Below, one piece after another: positions 54,757-62,733 of a DNA stretch of 62,733 nt. The notes under the pieces are model-generated. The model had not been told where the DNA came from. It was given only the letters and a program-made list of their open reading frames with translations, and did no database searches. The position numbers and the translations under genes are program-made. Within the stretch, counting starts at the first letter, position 1; every line of letters starts with the position of its first letter. Source of the stretch: Candidatus Doudnabacteria bacterium (GTDB taxonomy: Bacteria; Patescibacteriota; Doudnabacteria; UBA920); assembly GCA_003151625.1 (NCBI GenBank), contig PLYC01000021.1, positions 182,930 to 245,662 of the forward strand, written 5' to 3'.

Positions 54757-55935
54757 ATGACAATGGCAAGCAGCCCAACCTTTCCGACCATTGAGGCGTC
54801 TGCACACCGCCCTGCGCTTCTGACGTGCAACTGGTCTGGAAGCGCGCTGAAGATTGAAACTACGCTCCATCAGCTCTCGCCGTATATTGGCAAACTGAAG
54901 TCGTCTATCGCCGGTTCCCTCATCTCGCAGTTCACGCAGGTAGGCGATGTCGTATACGATCCGTTCTCGGGTTCCGGGACGGTGGCGCTAGAGGCATGGG
55001 CAGCGGGGCGCAATGTTCTCGCCAATGATCTCAGTCCGTATGCGGCATTGCTGACGCGTGCCAAGCTCTTTCCGTACCGATCCCTCGAAGACGCGCTCAA
55101 TGACATCGAACGTCTATCAGGAGAAGCCGACCAAGAACAGGGCGACATTGATCTCAGGAGCGTCCCGGCTTGGGTGCGGCAGTTCTTCCACACAGAAACG
55201 CTAAGGGAAACGCTTGCATGGACGCGCGTTCTCAAACGACGCCGGCGCTGGTTCATGCTAGCTGCCCTCTTGGGAATTCTGCATCACCAGCGCCCTGGAT
55301 TCTTGTCATTTCCAAGCAGCCACACAGTACCATACCTCCGCGTCAAAGCGTTTCCTCGCGCGAAGTTTCCTGATCTCTACGAATACCGCTCCCTACGGGA
55401 TCGCCTGGAAGCCAAAGTCAAACGGGCCTTCCGCCGGGTGCCCGAGCTGGACTTCAATCTCGACCGGCGGTGCTTCTTGAAATCGGCGCATCTACTCACA
55501 CCGGAAGCGACGGTTGACGCCATTGTCACTAGCCCACCCTACATGAGGCAGCTTGACTACGCGCGAGACAATCGCCTCAGACTCTGGTTTCTCGGGATAG
55601 ATGACCACCGTTCGCTCGACAGGAAGATCTCTCCGCGCGAAGACGCCTTTTTAAAGCTGATGCGTCAATGCTTCATCAAATGGAAGACGATTCTTAGACC
55701 GCAAAAGTACTGCGTTCTCGTGATCGGTGATGCCAGCAGGCAGGTTGAAGACGGCAACTTGCCAGAGATAATCTCCCGGATCGCGACTCATGAAGTCGGC
55801 GGCTATTCTCACGTTCACGATTACACCGAAACGATTCCAAACGAACGCCGCGTCCGTCGCGGCCTCACGGGAAGCACTTCGGAAACCATCGTCATACTGC
55901 GCAACAACGCTTCGCGCGCAAAATCGACCGCCTAG
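54757..55935 (+). CDS. Amino-methyltransferase (N4-cytosine/N6-adenine DNA MTase, motif I before motif IV)
   Basis: PYIGK, VYDPFSGSGT SAM motif, NDLSP, IVTSPPY catalytic motif. Confidence 0.85.
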   Translation: MTMASSPTFPTIEASAHRPALLTCNWSGSALKIETTLHQLSPYIGKLKSSIAGSLISQFTQVGDVVYDPFSGSGTVALEAWAAGRNVLANDLSPYAALLTRAKLFPYRSLEDALNDIERLSGEADQEQGDIDLRSVPAWVRQFFHTETLRETLAWTRVLKRRRRWFMLAALLGILHHQRPGFLSFPSSHTVPYLRVKAFPRAKFPDLYEYRSLRDRLEAKVKRAFRRVPELDFNLDRRCFLKSAHLLTPEATVDAIVTSPPYMRQLDYARDNRLRLWFLGIDDHRSLDRKISPREDAFLKLMRQCFIKWKTILRPQKYCVLVIGDASRQVEDGNLPEIISRIATHEVGGYSHVHDYTETIPNERRVRRGLTGSTSETIVILRNNASRAKSTA

Positions 55936-55957
55936 CCAGAGAGAAACGGGAGGGCAT

Positions 55958-57043
55958 ATGCAGCAACTCTTCAACACGAGGAACTACAGCATCCGCGACT
56001 TTGAGGAATGGAACCAGCGAAATGAGCTCGTTCTCCAGCCGAAATTTCAGCGTCGCGACGTTTGGAGCGATAAGGCGCGCTCCTATCTGATGGACACGAT
56101 CATTCGTGGCAAGCCAATCCCCAAAATATACATGCGGCAAGATGTCAACCCCGAGACCCGTCGGACTCGGCGGGAGATTGTTGACGGGCAACAGCGGTTG
56201 CATACAGTCCTCAATTTCATCAAGGACGGCTTCAAAATCAGCAAGGCCCACCACGAGACGCTTGGCGGCAAGTCCTTTAGCGGACTGGACACGGCCACGC
56301 AGCGTGATATTTTGAAATATGAGTTCGTCGTCGATCTCTTGCAGGACATGCCAGACAACGAGGTCTACGATCTCTTTGCCCGGATTAATACCTATTCGGA
56401 GAAGCTCAAGCCCCAAGAGTTGCGCAACGCGAAGTGGTTTGGAGATTTCAAATCCTCCGTTTACCTGCTTTCCAAGGAGTTCTCGACTTTCTTCGTCGAG
56501 AACAAAATCTTCACGCCGAAGCTCATCCTTCGGATGGCAGAAGCCGAGTACATCTCTGAGCTGCTCTTGGCTATGCAAGAGGGAATCCGTCAAGGAGATA
56601 GGCGCACCCTCGATAATTGTTATAAAACATACGACGACGACTTCCCCTCGCGGAAGACTCACGAGAAGAGATTCAGAGAGACAATCGACACGATCAAGGG
56701 AATCTTCGGCGATGATTTGCCTCAATCAGAATTTTCAGCAATCCGTCTTCTCTACCCGCTATTCTGCGCGATTTACCACCTCAAATACGGTCTTCCTAGA
56801 CTGAGGTCCACGAGAAAAGTCTTTCGGGCCACCGACAATCCGAGGCTCAAATCCGCATTGGAAACTCTGGACGATCTGATCACGAGAATCAAGGAAGCCG
56901 AAGCAGATCACGAGGAAATATCGCTCTCCTCCGACGACCGCAAATTCTACGATGCATACAGTGTGCACTGGGTTCACGCTGACAAGCGGACAACATTGAC
57001 CGAGCATATCTGCAAGAAGCTCACCAAGGCCCTGGACGAGTGA
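55958..57043 (+). CDS. DUF262 (GmrS/ParB-Srx-like NTPase) protein
   Basis: LQPKFQRRDVW, G.PIP, EIVDGQQRL, LFARIN...L.PQELRNA; GGAGGG Shine-Dalgarno before the ATG at 55958. Confidence 0.88.
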   Translation: MQQLFNTRNYSIRDFEEWNQRNELVLQPKFQRRDVWSDKARSYLMDTIIRGKPIPKIYMRQDVNPETRRTRREIVDGQQRLHTVLNFIKDGFKISKAHHETLGGKSFSGLDTATQRDILKYEFVVDLLQDMPDNEVYDLFARINTYSEKLKPQELRNAKWFGDFKSSVYLLSKEFSTFFVENKIFTPKLILRMAEAEYISELLLAMQEGIRQGDRRTLDNCYKTYDDDFPSRKTHEKRFRETIDTIKGIFGDDLPQSEFSAIRLLYPLFCAIYHLKYGLPRLRSTRKVFRATDNPRLKSALETLDDLITRIKEAEADHEEISLSSDDRKFYDAYSVHWVHADKRTTLTEHICKKLTKALDE

Positions 57044-57053
57044 TGGGTGAACC

Positions 57054-57689
57054 GTGGCGCGCCGGCTTATAACGGTCATAACGGAGTTTTCGCGATGCGT
57101 GCAGGACGCCAGAACTCTTGCGGCCGATGCATACGATTGGTCCCTAGCGTCGGCGGGTACACGTCCCCGGATTTCCGCGAAGCGATGCGATTCGATTACC
57201 GAATTGGCATTCTTCCGGGTTTTCAGCGGCTGGGAAGCATTCTTGGAAGAAACGTTCATTCTCTATTTGCTTGGCCAGCAGGCGCCACGCGGTCGTAAGA
57301 CCCAAAGATATGGATTCCCGCCCGGCGAAAGGGCCGCGTATGAGTGGGTCGCAGAGGGTCGCGATTATGCCAAGTGGACCGCTACCGAGGTTCGCAAGAG
57401 AGCCGAGCGTTTATTCCGTGACGGAAAGCCATTCAGCCCCGTCATCAGCAGTCACCATAATCTTTTGTTTCAGGTTAAGACAATCAGAAACGCAATCGCA
57501 CATGACTCGCTGGATGCGCGCCAGAAATTCGAGGAGCTGGTACGCAATGAGCTGCAGGCTCTTCCTCCAAATACTACCATCGGCAGCTTTCTCCTCAAGA
57601 TCAAGCCCAGATCCAATCCCCCTGTTTCATTCTTAGAGTTCTATCTCGACAAGATTGAAATCGCCGCCCGAAAGATTGTCCCTATTTGA
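57054..57689 (+). CDS. HEPN-domain putative RNase
   Basis: N-terminal W-E-x-F-L-E helix and the R-N-A-I-A-H (Rx4H) motif. Confidence 0.78.
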   Translation: MARRLITVITEFSRCVQDARTLAADAYDWSLASAGTRPRISAKRCDSITELAFFRVFSGWEAFLEETFILYLLGQQAPRGRKTQRYGFPPGERAAYEWVAEGRDYAKWTATEVRKRAERLFRDGKPFSPVISSHHNLLFQVKTIRNAIAHDSLDARQKFEELVRNELQALPPNTTIGSFLLKIKPRSNPPVSFLEFYLDKIEIAARKIVPI

Positions 57690-57700
57690 AGAGCCTCCAT

Positions 57701-57742
57701 ATGCGCGTCAGCGAGGCCCTGCATCTGCGAGTCTCTTCGTAG
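57701..57742 (+). pseudogene. Possible tyrosine-recombinase box I fragment
   Basis: MRVSEALHLRV resembles the G(L/M)RxSExxxL motif; only 13 codons. Confidence 0.3.
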
Positions 57743-58015
57743 CTGGCCCAGTTCAATATACCCCATGGGAGCGCCCCGGGCAGACGCGGGCGGGGTGTGC
57801 CGCCGCAGCGACCTCGACGAACCGGATGTGGCGCCGATCAGCCCGCAGTAGAGCTTGACCGGCCACTTCTACGAAAGCTTTCACGAGGAGTTGGGGCCGA
57901 CTGGACCGACCGTCTCGGCGGCCTGGAGCGCCCTTCGGTGAAGCCGAGACGTTGAACTTGAGATCTCGGAACGAGGTATGATTGAAAACTGAGAACTTTT
58001 CGCCGGCTTTCTGCC

Positions 58016-58279
58016 ATGCTTGTTGGTCCGATGGCCCGACTCTGTGAAAGAGGCTTGGCCAGGGATGGGCGATGTGTGCTGGTAGTCGGGGAGTCAGTCA
58101 GTCGGAGCCAAACCGTGCATCCAGCGCAACACCCTATCGCGATCTTTGAGGCTCACGCGCCATCTTTGGTCCTTGAGAACATGATTGTTGATTCGGTCCC
58201 CGACGTTCGAAGGGCGCACCGTGACTACCGAGGCGTGAAGACGGAGCAAATAATTGTGTTCCGAAATGCTCAAGATTGA
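58016..58279 (+). pseudogene. C-terminal remnant of a second methyltransferase paralog
   Basis: CVLVVGE...DSVPDVRRAHRDYRGVKTEQIIVFRN aligns with CVLVIGD...ETIPNERRVRRGLTGSTSETIVILRN of 54757; ATGA overlap with the kinase gene. Confidence 0.65.
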
Positions 58280-60978
58280 TGAAACGACGCCGCAATTCCA
58301 CGCAATCCGATTTCACTTGGCTCGCGAGCCTGGAGGGCCAGCAGGTCGGCGACTATGAACTCGACAACTACATCGGCAGCGGAAAGATCGGTTACGTTTA
58401 TCGAGCTCATCGTCGTGACATTCCCGACATCGAACATGCTGTCAAGTTAATACCTAATCTTAAGAAAGGATGGGAAACGGAACTAAAGAAAGTTGCGAAG
58501 TTATCGAAGGTTTCTAACGTTGTTCATTTCCATCATCTCGGCAAAGCCACTGTGTCATTTGGAGAGCACTCTGCCTCTGTTCAATACACTGTTTGGGACT
58601 ATATTCATCCCGGACGCAATCTGAATTCGATCTTGAATAAGCCGACCTTCCTTCCGGTAAGCTTCGTGGTTGCAATTGTGGAAACAGTTCTTCGAGTTCT
58701 ACATGCATGCCAGAGCCAAGGCATCCCCCGCCACGGGGACCTCCACCCAGGTAACATCCTCATAGGTGAGAAAGACGAATCTCAGCTTGATTCAAGTCTT
58801 CGGCCTGTTGAGCCGGTTTACGTATCCGATTTCGGATACGGTGCGACCTGCGGCGGACCGAAACCCAAAGACGACTATCATGGCCTCGCGTCGATCACCG
58901 ATGCGTTGACAAAAAAGATAGACTGGGCGACAGCCAATGGCAGCGACAAGCAGCTTTTGGAAGGGACGGTCTCCGTGCTCCGGAAGGTACTGTCGGAAGA
59001 TACCCAGAGCGAGCGAACGGTTCCCAAGGACATCCTTGAAGCCCTGTTGAGGGTCCGAAGTCAGGCAGGCCGGGTCAGGGAAGGCTCCCAACAGCCGCAG
59101 CCGCCGATCGGGCCGCAGGAACCCCGAAGATTCTCAGTCGGCTCCTATCAAGTCAGCGAGATGTTGGGTGATGACTGGGGGCTCTGGCAGTCGCTATTTG
59201 TCCCAACGGTTCCCGCCAGATCTCGAATTCTTGAACGTGACATTACCTCCGTAGTCACTGGACCACGGGGTTGTGGGAAGACAATGCTCTTCCGGCGGCT
59301 GAGTGAGCGGCTAATTGTCGAGTGCGGGCCAATTGACGACACCCCGACCTCCTTTGTTGGGATCTACGTCAACGCCAATGATATTTCAGATGCCTTTTCG
59401 GTCTTTTCGGACGCGCCGGATGAAAGCGCAATCGCCGATCTCTTTTGCTATACCCACCTCTGCATTTTGTCCGATTTTCTCGCGGTGGAGGCGGCACAGG
59501 CGCGGCTCGGGGGGGTACAGTCCTCGCCGGAGCTCATCCAACTCCTGACGGACTGGTTAGGCAGGCCCATGCATACCGCACCGGTCATTGCTGAGGAGAA
59601 CCAACTGGAACGGCATCGTGCCGTGCTGGAGCAAATCAAGAATTCCTTCATCACTCGGGCTGGAATCGATGGCTTCCCTGGTCGATCAGATTTCGGGCAT
59701 CATGCGTGGCTCAAGCGCTTGGTCCCGTTGATGCGGGGAGCTTGCCCATGGATGGAACAGAGAATAGTCTTCTTTTTCGTTGATGACTATACAACGCCCC
59801 GTCTTTCACTAAGCATGCAACGCGCGCTCAATCGAGTCTTATTCCAGCGTTCCCATGAGTTCGTTTTCAAGATTGCGACAGAAGCGGCCACCACTTTCTT
59901 GTCCGAGGACCTCACAGGCAAGGCGTTGCAGGACGGCGACGACTACAGGCTTGTTGATTTGGGTGAAGAAGCACTGTTCATGACTGACGCCGAGCGCGGC
60001 GCATTTCTCAGGGAGGTATTTGCGAAGCGCCTTGCTTCCGATCAACGAATCGCAATGGAGGGCCGGACCCTGGCCGGACTTCTCGGCTCGTTGGGCAAAT
60101 CGAAAACTGCGTTTGCGCGGCTGTTGCGTTCCGAAGAGCGGGAACCGCCTGAAGCAACCAAGGCCGGATCACTTCGGGGAGCAACGAAAAGAAGGGCACT
60201 CTACCACGGTCAGGATGTCTTTTGCTGTCTATGGTCTGGTGACACCCGAATCATGATTCAGCTGATGCAGGACGTTGTAGATGCCGGCACGAACGCTGAC
60301 AAGGGCGTTCTGACGAAACGGGTCGGCGAAGAAGATCAAGATCGAGCTTTCAGAAATCGAGGTAGCCAATGGCTGGACATGCAGACGCGCAACCAACCAA
60401 GCGACCCAAAGCTCGTGAAATCACTGCTTCAGATCCCCGATGCTTTGAAGGGCGTCCGCCAACTGGCTGGCGGCTCGTACGGAAGCCACCTGAAGGCCGT
60501 TGTGGAGGCTTTTAAGGATGCCGCCCGCCTGGAGCTATTGGGACCAGTCTACATAATGAAGGAAAACGGTCGGGCGCGTGAAGTTCCAAAGATGGCTTTC
60601 AGAATTGAAATAACAGATGAGTTCAGGCTCGACACCCTGGCGACGGAAATCTATCGCGACTTGATTCGATACGGGCTGTTCATGCGCGATGCACGTGGAA
60701 AGAGTGTACGCGGCGCGATGGTCCCCCGCTTATACCTCCGTCGTCTGCTTTTGCCATACTGCGTGCTCGCACTGTCAAAACGAGACAGCGTCGCGATGTC
60801 CTGCGAGTGGTTCCGTAGCCTCTTGTTGCATCCCGACAGATTCATGGAGTCCTGGCAGAAGCACCGGCAGCCCGAGCTCGCCGTCAGCCGCGACCAGACA
60901 CGCTTGGACTTCGATGGCGCTGAGCAACGCGCCCTCGACCTTGATCCGAAGTACGACGACCTGGGAGATGAGGATTGA
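58276..60978 (+). CDS. Ser/Thr-type protein kinase fused to an ORC/CDC6-like P-loop ATPase
   Basis: IGSGKIGYVY, AVK, HGDLHPGNIL, SDFG; GPRGCGKT Walker A, FFFVDDY Walker B; C-terminal helical/wHTH-like region (LIRYGLF...PRLYLRRLLLPY). Confidence 0.8.
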   Translation: MMKRRRNSTQSDFTWLASLEGQQVGDYELDNYIGSGKIGYVYRAHRRDIPDIEHAVKLIPNLKKGWETELKKVAKLSKVSNVVHFHHLGKATVSFGEHSASVQYTVWDYIHPGRNLNSILNKPTFLPVSFVVAIVETVLRVLHACQSQGIPRHGDLHPGNILIGEKDESQLDSSLRPVEPVYVSDFGYGATCGGPKPKDDYHGLASITDALTKKIDWATANGSDKQLLEGTVSVLRKVLSEDTQSERTVPKDILEALLRVRSQAGRVREGSQQPQPPIGPQEPRRFSVGSYQVSEMLGDDWGLWQSLFVPTVPARSRILERDITSVVTGPRGCGKTMLFRRLSERLIVECGPIDDTPTSFVGIYVNANDISDAFSVFSDAPDESAIADLFCYTHLCILSDFLAVEAAQARLGGVQSSPELIQLLTDWLGRPMHTAPVIAEENQLERHRAVLEQIKNSFITRAGIDGFPGRSDFGHHAWLKRLVPLMRGACPWMEQRIVFFFVDDYTTPRLSLSMQRALNRVLFQRSHEFVFKIATEAATTFLSEDLTGKALQDGDDYRLVDLGEEALFMTDAERGAFLREVFAKRLASDQRIAMEGRTLAGLLGSLGKSKTAFARLLRSEEREPPEATKAGSLRGATKRRALYHGQDVFCCLWSGDTRIMIQLMQDVVDAGTNADKGVLTKRVGEEDQDRAFRNRGSQWLDMQTRNQPSDPKLVKSLLQIPDALKGVRQLAGGSYGSHLKAVVEAFKDAARLELLGPVYIMKENGRAREVPKMAFRIEITDEFRLDTLATEIYRDLIRYGLFMRDARGKSVRGAMVPRLYLRRLLLPYCVLALSKRDSVAMSCEWFRSLLLHPDRFMESWQKHRQPELAVSRDQTRLDFDGAEQRALDLDPKYDDLGDED

Positions 60979-62099
60979 CGCTCTTGGACAACATTATGTT
61001 GAACATCCGAACGGAAGACGGAATTGACCTCCCGCGAGTCCTTGCCTGCCCCGAAAGATTGGATGTGGATCACACCGCGATTATCGCGGCCGCGGGGTTC
61101 GAAGACCGAACATTGGCGCTCGCGCCTATGCTTAGTCAGGCAGATTGTGCGCTTGGTCTAGTTGTCTACAAAGATTGGGGGAAGGAAAACCGGGTAGAAG
61201 CCCTACTTAAATCATATGCTACGACGGGCATTGGGCCATTAGCCAGGAAGTCTCTAGACTATGACCGATACGACCCCGACAGTCTCGGAAACGCCCTGAG
61301 AGATTGGTTGAAGGAGGTCGGTCACCCGCGGGTTCTTTTGGATATCTCAACGATGTCGCGGCTTGCCATTATGGTGGTTCTCGACGTCTGCCGTGAGCTG
61401 GAAAAGTGTGTCACCGTCTTCTATGCCGAGGCCGAGGAATACGGCCCTTCGGAAGCGGAGTATGTACGGGCGAAGGCTGGAGTTTACCCCCGGCCGAGTA
61501 TCCAGGTTTATAGCGGCGTCGGCGGCGTTGTCCGCTCGCGGCGTCTGTCCAGCGTTGCGCTTCAGGGAGAGCCGACGGCTTTGATAGCATTTATGTCGAT
61601 GAATGAAGGGTTGACTCAGGCGCTGATCAACTGCATCTCTCCAAGTCGTCTATTTTTGGTCAACGGACAACCTCCTCTCCACTCGTGGCGGGAGCGTGCG
61701 ACGGCTTGGATTCACGAAGAGTTGCGACTTGAATGGCCCGAGCGAGATAATCCTTGCCTAATGACAGAGGACGGAATTGCTTTACCCGAGCGAGCAACGT
61801 CCACGCTTGACTATACGGAGACTGTCAACGTGCTGCTCCATCTCTACTGGAGTAATGCTGCCGAGTACCGGGTCGTTCTGGCTCCGACTGGTAGTAAGAT
61901 GCAGACGGTGGGGTGTTACGTGGCAAAGGGAGTCCACACCGACATTCACGTTGAGTACCCGACTCCGGAGAGCTTCTTGCCCACCTACAGCAAGGGCATT
62001 GGAAAGCGCTGGATGGTTGATTTCGGCTTGCTCGATTCGCTGCTGCGCGGCTTGCGATCTAGGATCATGACGGATCGCTTGATGGTGCTTCGTGCGTGA
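60975..62099 (+). CDS. Conserved hypothetical with two CARF-like Rossmann halves
   Basis: 4-nt overlap with the kinase stop; AGFEDRT, VLLDISTMSR, VFYAEAEEY, VVLAPTGSKMQT, VEYP...YSKGIG. Confidence 0.6.
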   Translation: MTLLDNIMLNIRTEDGIDLPRVLACPERLDVDHTAIIAAAGFEDRTLALAPMLSQADCALGLVVYKDWGKENRVEALLKSYATTGIGPLARKSLDYDRYDPDSLGNALRDWLKEVGHPRVLLDISTMSRLAIMVVLDVCRELEKCVTVFYAEAEEYGPSEAEYVRAKAGVYPRPSIQVYSGVGGVVRSRRLSSVALQGEPTALIAFMSMNEGLTQALINCISPSRLFLVNGQPPLHSWRERATAWIHEELRLEWPERDNPCLMTEDGIALPERATSTLDYTETVNVLLHLYWSNAAEYRVVLAPTGSKMQTVGCYVAKGVHTDIHVEYPTPESFLPTYSKGIGKRWMVDFGLLDSLLRGLRSRIMTDRLMVLRA

Positions 62100-62295
62100 A
62101 GTGTGACAGCCGAGCGACTTGGGCCAGTGGGGTGTGGCGCTATATTGGAGAAGTCGCCCTAAAGGTCGAGGGGCGTTCAGGAACATCAGCCCTCTGAAGT
62201 CGCGGTCACGTTAATTGTGAGTATTTGATGAACACCAGTAATTCGCTCGTCGCTATCCAGGACGCGTAAAAGAAATAAGTCAAGCGATTGGCGAT

Positions 62296-62422
62296 TGCCC
62301 ATCGATGCGGCAGGAGCTCGTCAGGCCTGGCAATTAGTATAGTCGGCGATCCGTCCCAGCGCGGCGCGGAACCAGGCGAAGGGATCGATCTTGACGAGTT
62401 CGCGGGAGGTGACCAAGCTGCG
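62296..62422 (-). mobile_element. IS66-family transposase C-terminal remnant (frameshifted)
   Basis: RSLVTSRELVKIDPFAWFRAALGRIADY, shift, RPDELLPHRWA, matching the IS66 C-terminal DPxxWL.D.L.RI...I.ELLP..W pattern. Confidence 0.7.
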
Positions 62423-62698
62423 GAGCTGTGCGTAGACAGAAGCGCATTACAGCATGAAATCAACGGTTTACCGGAGCCTATAAGAGTTCACCAGCTAAGA
62501 CGGCGATGAGTCGCCCGTGGAGCGAGTCGCAGCGGTCACGATGGAGGAGGCCATTGCCTGCGAAGGCGGTACGCCGATTTTGAAATCGTCCGGGTTGAGT
62601 ATATGGGGGTTGGTCCGTTTGCTTTCTGCATCCTCGGCCGACTGAGCGGCGCCGTTCGGTTGCCCGGCTCGGTAGGCTTTGGATCAGCGCAGGCGGAC

Positions 62699-62733
62699 CT
62701 CTGACATTCCGCCACTGTGGCGGAATGTCAGAG
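62699..62733. repeat. Perfect 17-bp-arm hairpin ending at the last base of the window
   Basis: CTCTGACATTCCGCCAC-T-GTGGCGGAATGTCAGAG. Confidence 0.8.

Noticed and set aside
57745-57960. Possible transposase or reverse-transcriptase fragment in the debris after the HEPN gene
   Set aside because: Hand translation in several frames gave no motif that could be assigned with confidence.
54757-62099. Type 2 BREX/Pgl (kinase + MTase + ATPase) assignment
   Set aside because: No PglZ phosphatase. The kinase lacks the PglW architecture and size, the MTase is far shorter than PglX, and the ATPase is fused to the kinase.

Overview
Positions 1-~54,328 are AT-rich, reduced-genome bacterial chromosome with the gene content and style of Patescibacteria/CPR (Parcubacteria-like; this placement is an inference). 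They carry a prs-pyrE-pyrF-pyrD operon, infB/rbfA/nrnA, murA/murF/alr/ddl, mgtA, rlmH, rnhB, ftsK, rodZ-like, recA and lspA, six complete tRNAs plus one edge-truncated tRNA, and four TrmB-type regulators, each head-to-head with an orphan or accessory gene. Those accessory genes include an unusual nucleoside-deoxyribosyltransferase/prenyltransferase fusion and a signal-peptide-bearing B12 radical-SAM protein. The region is dense with several families of small palindromic elements, some inserted in frame into conserved proteins (NrnA, MurF, Ddl, O-antigen ligase). At ~54,328 a comM/YifB gene breaks off just before its Walker A motif and the DNA switches abruptly to visibly higher GC. The last ~8.4 kb holds phage and IS debris around a co-oriented candidate defence locus: N4C/N6A methyltransferase, DUF262, HEPN RNase, a second methyltransferase remnant, a Ser/Thr kinase fused to a P-loop ATPase, and a tandem CARF-like protein. 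This locus is the best candidate for an undescribed system. Whether it is a true island in comM or a chimeric assembly join cannot be settled from the sequence alone. All family calls are by motif recognition, not database search.
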